A stretch of 64,000 nucleotides of DNA from positions 22,332-86,331 of the forward strand of contig JBEKYY010000013.1 of NCBI GenBank assembly GCA_049510395.1, in the 5' to 3' direction. The stretch is from Verrucomicrobiota bacterium. GTDB lineage: Bacteria; Verrucomicrobiota; Verrucomicrobiia; Limisphaerales; UBA11358. The notes below the pieces were generated by a model. The model was not told where the DNA came from and ran no database searches. It saw only the letters and a program-made list of their open reading frames with translations. Both the position numbers and the translations under genes were made by a program. Of the stretch, positions 27,881 to 37,201 are shown one piece after another (the stretch's first letter is position 1; every line of letters begins with the position of its first letter).

Positions 27881-28969
27881 ATGAAAGTTCTTCTCCTTCG
27901 CGGCAACCCCCGCCAGACCGGCTACACGCAGCGGCTCGCCGACCTCTTTCTTCGTGGCTTGCGCGAGGCCGGTGCCATGGTGACCGACGTGGATTTGACG
28001 GCGCAGAACATCCTGCCGTGCCTGGGCTGTTTTCATTGCTGGGTGGTCGCTCCCGGCCAGTGCGTTCATCCCGATGCGATGGACGGATTGCTGGAACAGG
28101 TGCTCGACGCGGACGTTCTGGTGTGTGCAACACCGATTTATTATTTTTCTATGAGTTCCAGCATGAAGCTGTTCTTCGAGCGCACGTTTCCGCTGGCCAA
28201 GCAAGGGCTGGTGCCGTCCAGCCGCGGACTGACGCGCAACAGCATTCGTTACCCGGAACGGTGGCAGGGCAAGAAAATCATCACACTTGTCACCGGCGCG
28301 TTGCGCGACTTGGAAGTTTACCGGCCAGCCAACGAAACCTTTCAACTCATCGCGGACAGCCTCGACTTGGAACTCGGCGGCCAATTGACCCGTCCTGAAG
28401 CTTACCTGCTGGATTACCCCCTCTCGAAACCCAAGACGCTGAAGCGCATTGAAGCGGCTTTCGTTCAGGCGGGCAAGGAGGCGGGCACGACGGGGCGGTT
28501 GTCCGCCAAAACGATGGAGGAGGCATCCCTCCCGCTTTCTCCCAGCGCGGACCACTTCCGCACTTATTCCAATGTATATTGGACGCAGGCGATGACGATG
28601 GGCACGGACGGCCAGGTGCCGGCGCTGGTGCAGGCCCGCGTGGGATCGGACGTGCGTATTCTGATGCGGGAGATGGCGCGCTATCTGAATCCGCGCGCCG
28701 CCGCCCGGTTGCGGGCCATCCTCCAATTTGATTTTCCCGATGAGAAACTCCACTTCCGGCTCACAATTGATCGCGGGAAATGCGCGCTGGAGGAAGCCCG
28801 CACTGAACGCCCCGATTTGCGAGTGAGTTGCCAGGCGGGTCTCTGGGCGCAGATTTTCATGCGGCAACTCGACGTGCGCGAGGCGCTGAAAGACCGCCGC
28901 CTCGTGTTGGAAGGAGACAAATCGCTCTTTACGCGGCTGGACCGGCTGTTTCCCCCACCTTCAGCCTGA
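27881..28969 (+). CDS. Iron-sulfur flavoprotein (flavodoxin-like) fused to SCP2 lipid-binding domain
   Basis: GNPRQTGYT, CLGCFHCW...C, ATPIY; C-terminal LQFDF...PDLRV...LVLEGD. Confidence 0.8.
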   Translation: MKVLLLRGNPRQTGYTQRLADLFLRGLREAGAMVTDVDLTAQNILPCLGCFHCWVVAPGQCVHPDAMDGLLEQVLDADVLVCATPIYYFSMSSSMKLFFERTFPLAKQGLVPSSRGLTRNSIRYPERWQGKKIITLVTGALRDLEVYRPANETFQLIADSLDLELGGQLTRPEAYLLDYPLSKPKTLKRIEAAFVQAGKEAGTTGRLSAKTMEEASLPLSPSADHFRTYSNVYWTQAMTMGTDGQVPALVQARVGSDVRILMREMARYLNPRAAARLRAILQFDFPDEKLHFRLTIDRGKCALEEARTERPDLRVSCQAGLWAQIFMRQLDVREALKDRRLVLEGDKSLFTRLDRLFPPPSA

Positions 28970-29029
28970 GGAGATGGAAGATTGTGCGGCACTGCTTTGC
29001 GGACCGGAATCGCCCCGGTTGACCTGATG

Positions 29030-29165
29030 CGCGCCAGCGTCTTGGAGTGCGCCAGCCCTCTGGCGCTTTTGTGGGTGGGTGAGGAAGCGGATATACTGTC
29101 GCCGCGTGCCAGGTTCAATTAAGCCTGCCGAAAGCGGTGGAGGGCCACCGCACTCCAAGACGCTG
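29030..29165. repeat. Family A palindromic repeat between convergent operons
   Basis: agcgtcttggagtgcgccagccctctggcgcttt ... aaagcggtggagggccaccgcactccaagacgct. Confidence 0.85.
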
Positions 29166-29241
29166 CGCGACTGCTGTAGCGCACGGAATGGTTCCAAGGG
29201 TGCCGGAAGCGATTTTTGCACGCTTGGAGTGGTGCAGCATT

Positions 29242-31068
29242 TCAACCCGCCAATTCCCGCAGTATCTCAATCATCCGCCGGTTGGTCGCAGGGTCCTTGA
29301 CCGCGATGCGCACGGCGCGGTCGCCGAGTTGAGAACCCATCGCCGACGCATCGCGCAGGAACAGCCCGCGTTCCCGGCAGCGGGCAATCACCGTGACGGC
29401 GTTCGGCCCGTTGTCCGGCAGATGGCAAAGGAGAAAGTTGGCCATGCCGGGAATCACAGTCCAATTCAACGCTCGCAACGCCCCGGCCAGCTCCGTCCGC
29501 AAGGCGTGAGTCTCGCGATAGCGCAGGGCGTAGTAATTCGCGTCTTTCAGCGCTTCCACGGCGGCAACTTGTCCCGGCAGGCTCACAGCCCACGGCGGAG
29601 TGAGCGGGCGCAGCGGTTCGAGTTGATGCGGCCCGGCGCAGAGATACGCCACACGCACGCCGCTCAACGCATAGACCTTGGACATGGATTTGCAGACGAT
29701 GACGTTCTCGGAACTCGCGGCGAATTGCTCCAGCGACTGGTCCGGGCCGGCGTATTCCACGTAGGTTTCGTCCACCCAAATCCGCGTGGCTGCCGGGGCG
29801 TAACGCAGGACGTGAATCAATTCCTCGCGGCCCACGTGCTGGCTGGTCGGGCTGTTGGGATTGACCAGCACGACCAGGTCGAAATTCTCCGCCAGTCGCG
29901 CCGCTAGGTGGACCGGGTCCAGCCGGTAATTCTCGTCGCGCTGAAGCGCCAGCCGTTCTGCGTGACAGCCGATGACGCCCTCCAGCACATGCGGATATTC
30001 TCCGTAAGTCGGATCGAGAATCAGCACTCGCGAGTCGGGCCGCAGCCATTGTCGCAATGCCCGGTAGATTAAATCCGAAGAACCAGCGCCGGGCAGAACG
30101 CACTCCGGCCGGACGCCTCGCGCTTGGGCAATGACGCGAACCAATCCCTCGCAACCGGTCGGCGGCGAGGTTTTCAGCAGCCACGGCAGGTGCTTCTGCA
30201 ATGCGGCGGTAATTCCCGGCGATGGCGGAAACCAGGCGTCCAGAACGTCGGCGTTGATGACAGATTCGGAGCGTTCGAGCGCATCGAATTCTTCTCCCAC
30301 AGCCGTAAAGAATTCGCCGCCATGAAAACAGCCCGCCGGCGTGCGGAACGGATAACTCAACTTCCAATCCAGCTCGGTTTCCACGCGCCGCAGCATGTCG
30401 CGTATGCCGTGGAGTGCCTCGTGGATGTCCGGCATCGTGGCCTGTAACAGGTGGTAAGTGACCGCTCCGGCCTGCAACGTGCGGCCGGCGTCCTTCAGCC
30501 CGACGCGCAGATACATGCTCAAGACTTCATGGCGTCCGATGGCCATGATGCGTGTTCCGCCGTGGGATTCCACCCAGCGAAACGCCGCATACATGAGCGT
30601 GAGAGCCAGCAATGTGCGGCGCGAGGATCGCGGGATGGTGAGGATGCGGACCTCGTAAAGCTTGTCATCAACCGCGAAGGGCAGTTCCTGCCGCTTCAAA
30701 TACTTGTCCACGGAATAAAGCCCGTGGCCCGGCGGTGTGATGGAGACGAAACCGTGAATATCTTTGCCGTCGGTGGCGACGAGATAGAGATTGAACGCAT
30801 CAAGCGCGTCCGTAAGGCGTCCGTCGGCCTGGAGCGCGTATTGGTCCAGCTCGCGCGCATAGACTTCGTGGCGCAGGCGGTAGATGGCTTCGCGTTCCTC
30901 ATCCGTGGCCACGCGCACGGTCAATTTGCGGCCACCGCGGGCAAGGCGGTCGGGTTTGGGCGCCTTGCCATCGGGCATCAAAGCAATCTGGCGCGTGCGA
31001 AACGCGCCCATGTCCACCTGATACCAGAACGGCTTGCGCGCGTCAGCGTTGATGCCCCGCGAATTCAT
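29242..31068 (-). CDS. GNAT/N-acyl amino acid synthase-like domain fused to class I/II PLP enzyme (CobD/HisC-like)
   Basis: IYRLRHEVYAREL (acyl-ACP GNAT); FHGG, NPNSPT, VDETY, SMSKVYALSGVRVAY (PLP Lys). Confidence 0.8.
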   Translation of the reverse strand: MNSRGINADARKPFWYQVDMGAFRTRQIALMPDGKAPKPDRLARGGRKLTVRVATDEEREAIYRLRHEVYARELDQYALQADGRLTDALDAFNLYLVATDGKDIHGFVSITPPGHGLYSVDKYLKRQELPFAVDDKLYEVRILTIPRSSRRTLLALTLMYAAFRWVESHGGTRIMAIGRHEVLSMYLRVGLKDAGRTLQAGAVTYHLLQATMPDIHEALHGIRDMLRRVETELDWKLSYPFRTPAGCFHGGEFFTAVGEEFDALERSESVINADVLDAWFPPSPGITAALQKHLPWLLKTSPPTGCEGLVRVIAQARGVRPECVLPGAGSSDLIYRALRQWLRPDSRVLILDPTYGEYPHVLEGVIGCHAERLALQRDENYRLDPVHLAARLAENFDLVVLVNPNSPTSQHVGREELIHVLRYAPAATRIWVDETYVEYAGPDQSLEQFAASSENVIVCKSMSKVYALSGVRVAYLCAGPHQLEPLRPLTPPWAVSLPGQVAAVEALKDANYYALRYRETHALRTELAGALRALNWTVIPGMANFLLCHLPDNGPNAVTVIARCRERGLFLRDASAMGSQLGDRAVRIAVKDPATNRRMIEILRELAG

Positions 31069-31123
31069 CGCCGGATTCTATGGAGTCCAAAGCCAAATCA
31101 CAATCCCATCATCCCGGTTTGAG

Positions 31124-32068
31124 TCACCGCGCTGCGCCTGTTCCAGCGGCCAACTCGACCCCGCGCAGATTGTTGATGTTGCAGACGCGGGTTTCGTTGC
31201 CGAAACCGTTTGCCCGCGCCAGGCCGGACAACACTCGTCCGGGACCGATCTCAAAAAGCGTGGTGACGCCGGCTTGCATTTCGTGAAGCCGGTCCATGCA
31301 GGAGCGCCAGAGCACCGGCCCCGCAATCAATTCGACGATGAGCGAGCGGATTCGCGCCGGGTCCGATTCGCGCGTGGCCGAAGCGTTCAGCAGCAGAACG
31401 GCGCGCGGTGGCCGGAACGAAAAGGGTTGCAGCGCCGATTCAAACTGCGCCCGCGCTTCTTTCATCATCGGACTATGCCAGGGCCCGGCGACCGTCAGCG
31501 AACGGCATCGGCCAAGTTGTTCGCGGGTGATAAAAGTTGCGCATCGCTCCAAGCCGGCGCGGTCGCCCGACAACACAATTTGGGTTGGGGCATTGTCGTT
31601 GGCGAGGACTGCGCCATGGTCGGGGACTGCCTTCGCGAGCCAATTGAGAATCCGTTCCCGATTCGAGGTGGTGACCGCCATCATGCCGCCTTGCACTTGA
31701 GCCGACGCTTGCTCCATTAAATCACCTCTTCTGGCCGCAATCTCGATGGCGTCTTCAAACGTCACGACGCCCGCAGCCGCAAGGGCGGTTATCTCGCCGA
31801 GGGAATGACCCAACACCACGTCCGGCTTGACGCCACGTTCGATGAGTCGCCGGCAGTAGCCCAGGGACACGGCGACCAGCAGCGGTTGGAGAAACTTTGT
31901 CCGCACGAGTGTTTTCTCAGGACCACGCAGACAGATGGGTTCGAGGTTTTCACCCACACACTGGCTCGCGTGCTCGACGAGCGCGCGAAACGCCGGGTCG
32001 GATTTGAACAAGTCCGCGCCCATGCCGACTTCCTGGGAGCCTTGGCCGGGAAACAGGAAGGTGTTCAT
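31124..32068 (-). CDS. fabD: Malonyl-CoA:ACP transacylase
   Basis: FPGQGSQ, GHSLG, AGPWHS, EIGPG. Confidence 0.9.
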   Translation of the reverse strand: MNTFLFPGQGSQEVGMGADLFKSDPAFRALVEHASQCVGENLEPICLRGPEKTLVRTKFLQPLLVAVSLGYCRRLIERGVKPDVVLGHSLGEITALAAAGVVTFEDAIEIAARRGDLMEQASAQVQGGMMAVTTSNRERILNWLAKAVPDHGAVLANDNAPTQIVLSGDRAGLERCATFITREQLGRCRSLTVAGPWHSPMMKEARAQFESALQPFSFRPPRAVLLLNASATRESDPARIRSLIVELIAGPVLWRSCMDRLHEMQAGVTTLFEIGPGRVLSGLARANGFGNETRVCNINNLRGVELAAGTGAAR

Positions 32069-32083
32069 CCGATCCGCGAATGG

Positions 32084-32827
32084 TTACGCAGCGGCGGCGG
32101 TCAGGCCGCCGTCCACGACGATGGTTTGTCCCGCGATGTAGGAGGCTTCATCCGAGGCCAGGAACGTCGCGACAGCGGCCACTTCCGAAGGTTTGCCGAA
32201 GCGATGGAGCACGATGCGTTCGAGGTTCCGCTCGCGAATGGCCCGCGGCACTTTGGCCGTCATGTCGGTTTCGATGAAGCCCGGCGCAACGGTGTTGACG
32301 CGGATGCCCTTGGCACCCAGTTCGGCGGCCAGCGCCCGCGCGAAGGCGAGCAAGGCGCCTTTGGCCGCGCAGTAATTGGTCTGGCCCGCCACGCCCACCA
32401 GGCCGGCGATGGACGCGATGTTGACGATGACGCCCTGCCGCGCGCCGAGCATGGGCCGGCTGACGGCCTTGCACCAGCGATAAACGCCGTTGAGGTTCGT
32501 ATCAATGACCTTGTTCCAATCGCTGGCGGGCATGAGCATCAGGAACTGGTCGCTCGTAATTCCGGCGTTGTTGACCAGCACGTCCAGCTTGCCGGCGGCG
32601 GCCACAATGTGTTCCACCGCCGCGGGAATGGCCGCATCGTCGGTCTGGGAACACTTGATTTTCTCCGCGCCGCAGGCGGCGGCGACTTCCTGCGCGAGAT
32701 CATCGCGCTGGTGATAGGTGAAAAAGACGCGCGCGCCCAGCGCCGCGAACCGTTCGACGATGGCGCGTCCAATCCCGCGCGAGCCCCCGGTGACCACGAC
32801 AACTTTATTTTCAAATGGAAGACTCAT
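32084..32827 (-). CDS. fabG: 3-oxoacyl-ACP reductase (second copy)
   Basis: TGGSRGIG, NNAG, YCAAK, APGFIETDMT. Confidence 0.9.
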   Translation of the reverse strand: MSLPFENKVVVVTGGSRGIGRAIVERFAALGARVFFTYHQRDDLAQEVAAACGAEKIKCSQTDDAAIPAAVEHIVAAAGKLDVLVNNAGITSDQFLMLMPASDWNKVIDTNLNGVYRWCKAVSRPMLGARQGVIVNIASIAGLVGVAGQTNYCAAKGALLAFARALAAELGAKGIRVNTVAPGFIETDMTAKVPRAIRERNLERIVLHRFGKPSEVAAVATFLASDEASYIAGQTIVVDGGLTAAAA

Positions 32828-32881
32828 AATCATTCTCCACGCGACGCCGGGTTTTCCCGGGGTTCCGGCCACGGAACGCCG

Positions 32882-33379
32882 TTACTTCAGCGCCTGATAC
32901 TTTTTCCACACCGACTCGGGCCATTCCTTCACCAATTGGTTGGTCCGCTGGTCCACCAGGGTGACGACCGTCTCGCCCCAGGCCATCTCCGTGCGCAACT
33001 TTTCGTGCAGCAGGTAATGTTTAAAGGTGAGCTTGCCCTCATACACGGGCTGGACGCGATGCGTGGTGTGGAGTTGCAGGGGCATCCCGAATCTTACCGG
33101 TTTGCGATAGTGACAGACGTTTTGCACGACCGGCAGGGCGACGCCGAGTTTGAACGCTTCGTCCAGCGGCAGGACTTCCAGGAGGATTTCCATGCGCCCG
33201 GCTTCGAACCAGAGGAAGTAAGCTGCGTTGTGCGCCACACCCATCATGTCAATTTGATGAAACGCGGGCGTGAGCGACAACTTGCGCTTGAGGAGTCGTG
33301 ATTGAGCCGGTGCGGCGGGTGTCAAAGCACGAATTGCCGGTGGCGCGTCAGCCAATCGCTTTTCAAGTTTGTTGTTCAC
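32882..33379 (-). CDS. Acyl-CoA/ACP thioesterase (hotdog fold)
   Basis: IDMMGVAHNAAYFLWFEAGR; GTGA coupling. Confidence 0.85.
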   Translation of the reverse strand: MNNKLEKRLADAPPAIRALTPAAPAQSRLLKRKLSLTPAFHQIDMMGVAHNAAYFLWFEAGRMEILLEVLPLDEAFKLGVALPVVQNVCHYRKPVRFGMPLQLHTTHRVQPVYEGKLTFKHYLLHEKLRTEMAWGETVVTLVDQRTNQLVKEWPESVWKKYQALK

Positions 33380-34485
33380 ATCTCATCCAACTTCACCATC
33401 AGGCTTTTGGGCATGATGGGCGGCATGGAAATCGTGCGCACGGACGGGCCATCGGCTGCCGCCAGACGAAACGACAGGCCGGAATAAGCCAGTTCCGCCG
33501 GAAACACGGCCAGCCCGAGCGGCTGCTCCAGGACGAACGAAAAAGCATCCGCCACCACCTCCGCCACGGCCCGGCCATCGTGGAAAATTTGCGCTCCGGT
33601 GACGAGCTGGTCGCACCCGCGTTCGGCGGCCACGCCGACAATCTTCTTCCGAATCCCCTGGGCACGGCGGCGCTTGATTGCTTCGCAGCCGCGGAAATTA
33701 TCCTTGTCGAAATCAATCATCCATTGCAGGCCCAGCACCAGCGGGTCGCGCACGCGCAATCCCTCGGCGTGAATATTGAAAAAGCGCCCTTCCAGCCGCA
33801 GGTCGTCGTGCGCGTCCACGCCGCACCGCCGGCCGCCGCATTTTTCCACGGCCGGCGCGAGCGTGTCGAACACGGCTGGCGCGACCGCCTGCGGCACGAG
33901 CAGCAGATAACCGAATTCGGAAGTCTTGCCTGCGCGAAAGAGGCGCACAGACTGGTTCTGAAACGGATACACTTCGATGGACAGATACGGCAGTCCGAGA
34001 ACATCCGCCCCGAAAATCTCTTTCGCGATTTCCCACGCTTTGAAACCGTCCAGGCTCAACAACCCGTGGCTGGTGGTGAGGTCTTCCATGCCGGCCGCCG
34101 CGGCGCCATGGGCTTGCATCACGCGGTCAATCTCCGCGTCCGGCACGATGCTTTCGCAAAGCAGAATGAATTCCTCGTCGTTGTTGGCCACGTAACAGTC
34201 ACCCACCAACAGGCCGTCGTCGTCGGCCAGAAACGTGTGCAGGACGCGGCCAAAGCGCACCTTGGGCACGTTTCCCGCCAGCAACCCGTCGAGAAAATCC
34301 AGCCCCTGTTCCGCGGGGATGCGGTATTTGCGGGTGAAGGAAAAATCAGTCAGCCCCACGGTATCGCGCACGGCACGGCATTCGGTCTGTTTGTCAGCCA
34401 CTCGCGCCACAACTTCCACGCCGTAACGTTCGCGTAAAACCGTGCCCTTGCCGGCGAACCGGTCTTTCAGCGGCGAAGTCCTCAC
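33376..34485 (-). CDS. GcvT-like folate-dependent aminomethyltransferase (CylF-like)
   Basis: RTSPL, ECRAVRDTVGLTD, RAGKTSEFGY, LRLEG. Confidence 0.82.
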   Translation of the reverse strand: MRTSPLKDRFAGKGTVLRERYGVEVVARVADKQTECRAVRDTVGLTDFSFTRKYRIPAEQGLDFLDGLLAGNVPKVRFGRVLHTFLADDDGLLVGDCYVANNDEEFILLCESIVPDAEIDRVMQAHGAAAAGMEDLTTSHGLLSLDGFKAWEIAKEIFGADVLGLPYLSIEVYPFQNQSVRLFRAGKTSEFGYLLLVPQAVAPAVFDTLAPAVEKCGGRRCGVDAHDDLRLEGRFFNIHAEGLRVRDPLVLGLQWMIDFDKDNFRGCEAIKRRRAQGIRKKIVGVAAERGCDQLVTGAQIFHDGRAVAEVVADAFSFVLEQPLGLAVFPAELAYSGLSFRLAAADGPSVRTISMPPIMPKSLMVKLDEM

Positions 34486-34802
34486 GCGGCCACCCCTTTC
34501 CGCTCCTGCTGCTCAATGACGAAGTCCACCACGGTGTTGATGGAGCGCAAGACGGCGATGTTCTCATCCGGGATCTTGATTTTGAAACAGCTTTCGATGC
34601 ACAGGATGATTTCGAGCGCATCAAGCGAGTCCAGCCCCAGCCCGGAGCCGAGCAGTGAAATGTCCTCGTGCAAATCCTCGGGTGTGAAAGGCAGGTTCAA
34701 CCTTCGGATCAACTCCTCCTTGAAGGTCGTGATTACCAGCGCCCGCCGCGCGATACTCTGACTTATCGGTTCCGGCGCCGTGACGCCATGCTTCAATAAC
34801 AT
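34482..34802 (-). CDS. Acyl carrier protein
   Basis: GLGLDSLDALEI motif. Confidence 0.9.
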   Translation of the reverse strand: MLLKHGVTAPEPISQSIARRALVITTFKEELIRRLNLPFTPEDLHEDISLLGSGLGLDSLDALEIILCIESCFKIKIPDENIAVLRSINTVVDFVIEQQERKGVAA

Positions 34803-34900
34803 AAAAAAGTAGAACGGTGCTCTGAATGCAAAGCGTGTGAATTATTGCCGGGTTCGCCCGGTGTGACAACAATTTTGAGGAAAACCCCGTGCCCGGCAAC

Positions 34901-34937
34901 AAAAACCCCCGCCGCGATGGAGGAATTCGCGGCGGGG
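34901..34937 (-). terminator. Rho-independent terminator
   Basis: ccccgccgcga/tcgcggcgggg stem followed by a T-run on the minus strand. Confidence 0.75.
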
Positions 34938-34973
34938 AATATGAACTGCATCGGCAAACAAAAACCGGCCGGA

Positions 34974-35630
34974 TCAGAAAACAACCGACAGTGCAACGGT
35001 GAAACCCGGGCAGGTCACTTTTTCTGAATGGGAGGCATAAGGCTTGGTGAGTTGATCGGTGTATTTGACTTTGATTTTAGACGTATCGTACCCCACCTCA
35101 AGGCTCATGCCCACCGCCTTGGTGCGCCAGAGTTCAAACCCCACGGCCCCGAAACCTCCGACTTGAGAAGATCCAAGATTGTCGCCACCGGCAAACGGAT
35201 ATTTGACTCCGGCACGCACATAAGGCGCAAATGTGGCCTTGGGCCAGGGGGTGTAACGGACAAAAGCACCCACCGGCACAACATAGGAAAATTTCACATT
35301 ATCAGAGGATTCTCCGTAACCGTAATACGTTTTTTCATCCACGATAACAAACATGGTGGGACCAACAGTCACACCCGCGCCGATGCCACCGATGGAAGTT
35401 TCCCACTCGTAATAGGGATTCAGGACCAGTCCCACCGGGATATCAATCTTGGTCACGTCAAAACCATCCTGCTTGTAGAAATCATACAGTTTATCCGTGG
35501 CATCGTGAATGCCGGAGGCATAGGAAATGCCCACCGGGAAATAAAACTTGCCTTCGGCACGGGCCGACGATGACAGGCCGATGCCTGCGATGACTGCAAT
35601 TGCACAAGATACGAGACGAATCGTTTTCAT
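34974..35630 (-). CDS. Outer-membrane beta-barrel protein
   Basis: Signal peptide, amphipathic strands, PYVRAG, C-terminal Phe. Confidence 0.75.
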   Translation of the reverse strand: MKTIRLVSCAIAVIAGIGLSSSARAEGKFYFPVGISYASGIHDATDKLYDFYKQDGFDVTKIDIPVGLVLNPYYEWETSIGGIGAGVTVGPTMFVIVDEKTYYGYGESSDNVKFSYVVPVGAFVRYTPWPKATFAPYVRAGVKYPFAGGDNLGSSQVGGFGAVGFELWRTKAVGMSLEVGYDTSKIKVKYTDQLTKPYASHSEKVTCPGFTVALSVVF

Positions 35631-35983
35631 TGTTTCCTTTCTATTCCGACGGTTTGCTTGGTTAAGGCGGTTTTGAACAGCTTATTCATACTTTTCTATT
35701 CGTTTGGTGCTTCTGAGTTTCCACAGCAATCTCACCAGGAGACTGCCATCGCAACCAATTTGAGCTTTTCTAATAGAACTGCCATCTCCGCGTCAATACA
35801 TTTTTAACACTAATGTGCAGTCGGTTCCATGCGGCGAGGAAACCACCGCAAGCACTGGCTTGTCACCCGAAGCAGTCGGCTGTGACCGCAACGCCACGGC
35901 CAGATTCAGTAAAGGTTGGGTTTGGTGTTCGTTGCCAGTCACCTGACTCGTGAACCATTATTGCTGCGCCTGCAGTTTGGAAG

Positions 35984-36058
35984 TGGAGCCAGCTGTCAGG
36001 ATTGAACTGACGACCCACGGTTTACAAAACCGTTGCTCTACCGCTGAGCTAAGCTGGC
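35984..36058 (-). tRNA. tRNA-Thr(UGU)
   Basis: GCCAGCTTAGCTCAGCGGTAGAGC-ACGGT TTTGTAA ACCGT-GTTCAATC...GCTGGCTCCA; cloverleaf with CCA. Confidence 0.96.
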
Positions 36059-36272
36059 GCCTCCACAGCCAACATCTTTTGCTTTGTCCGGTTTCCTGTC
36101 AAGCTCGCCGGAGCCAAGGTGATGTTGGTGTCTTAATTTGAATTTTACGTTGAAAGCCGGAGCGCGAGTTGTCCCAACTTGCAGCTTTTCCGACCTGTCC
36201 AGCCGCTGCGGATTGAGGACAATCCGCGCTCCTGGGAGCGGAGAACAGTGGTAGTGTTAAACTGCGCCTGCT

Positions 36273-37187
36273 TTACTCGTTGCCCCAGTATATTTTGACG
36301 TGAATGAAGCCGAGTTTGACCGCTTCAACGGGCAATGATGGATTGAGTTCCAGGACCTTGATGTGGCCCGGTTTCACAAATGGTTTGAGCGCGGCAAAGT
36401 TGACCGTGCCGGAGCCGGGCGTGGCATGGTCGTGCGCGGGAAACTGCACGTCATGAACGTGAAATCCGGCCAGGCGCGCGGTGAGCGATTCGAGATGCTG
36501 TGTGTGGTGAAGGAAGCCGAGGTTTTCCTTGATTTGCGCGTGGCCGACGTCGTGCCAGTAAACCACGTTCGGGCTGTCAAAGTCGCGGAAGAAATGCTCG
36601 AAGTCGCTTTCCAAGGGAATTTCCTCGAGCGCCTGCCGGTTTTCGATGCCGAGTTTGAGGCCGCATTTTTCGGCTTCGGGCAGAATTTTGCGCAACGTTT
36701 CGTAAGCGCGCTCGACGGCTTTTCCCTTGTTGGCTTCGCGTTTGGCGGCGGCTTCGGCGCGGAGCTTTTCGTATTTGGGCGATTTTTGCCCGTCGCGTTC
36801 GAGCATTCCGGTCAGTTTTTCGGTGTAATCCTTCAAGTTCATGCTGCCGAGGTGCAGCACGACAGCCGGCGCCTTGACGCGTTCGGCCAGTTCAAAGGTC
36901 TTGAGCGTGTACTTGATCGCCAGTTCGCGCTGGTGCGCCCGCTCGTCGGAAAATTCGTAGAGGTTCGGCGAGGCATGATTCACGCCCAGTGGCAGCGGAC
37001 AAAAATTATGGAGGCTGGAAATTTTAATCTCGCCCGCGTCCACGGCTTCCAGGATGCCGGGCAGGAGACCGAGCCGGATGCCGTGGCTGAGTTCGGCGTA
37101 TTCAAAGCCGAGGTCGCGGATTTCGCGCAGCATGGCGCGACCGTCCGTGTGGCGTTGGGAATTCCAGCAGGTGGAAAGTGAGTACAT
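36273..37187 (-). CDS. Sugar phosphate isomerase/epimerase (AP endonuclease 2 TIM barrel)
   Basis: SLHNFCP, VVLHLG, GIEN, HDVGH, HVHD, VLE. Confidence 0.85.
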   Translation of the reverse strand: MYSLSTCWNSQRHTDGRAMLREIRDLGFEYAELSHGIRLGLLPGILEAVDAGEIKISSLHNFCPLPLGVNHASPNLYEFSDERAHQRELAIKYTLKTFELAERVKAPAVVLHLGSMNLKDYTEKLTGMLERDGQKSPKYEKLRAEAAAKREANKGKAVERAYETLRKILPEAEKCGLKLGIENRQALEEIPLESDFEHFFRDFDSPNVVYWHDVGHAQIKENLGFLHHTQHLESLTARLAGFHVHDVQFPAHDHATPGSGTVNFAALKPFVKPGHIKVLELNPSLPVEAVKLGFIHVKIYWGNE

Positions 37188-37201
37188 ACACGCGGTTAAA
37201 A

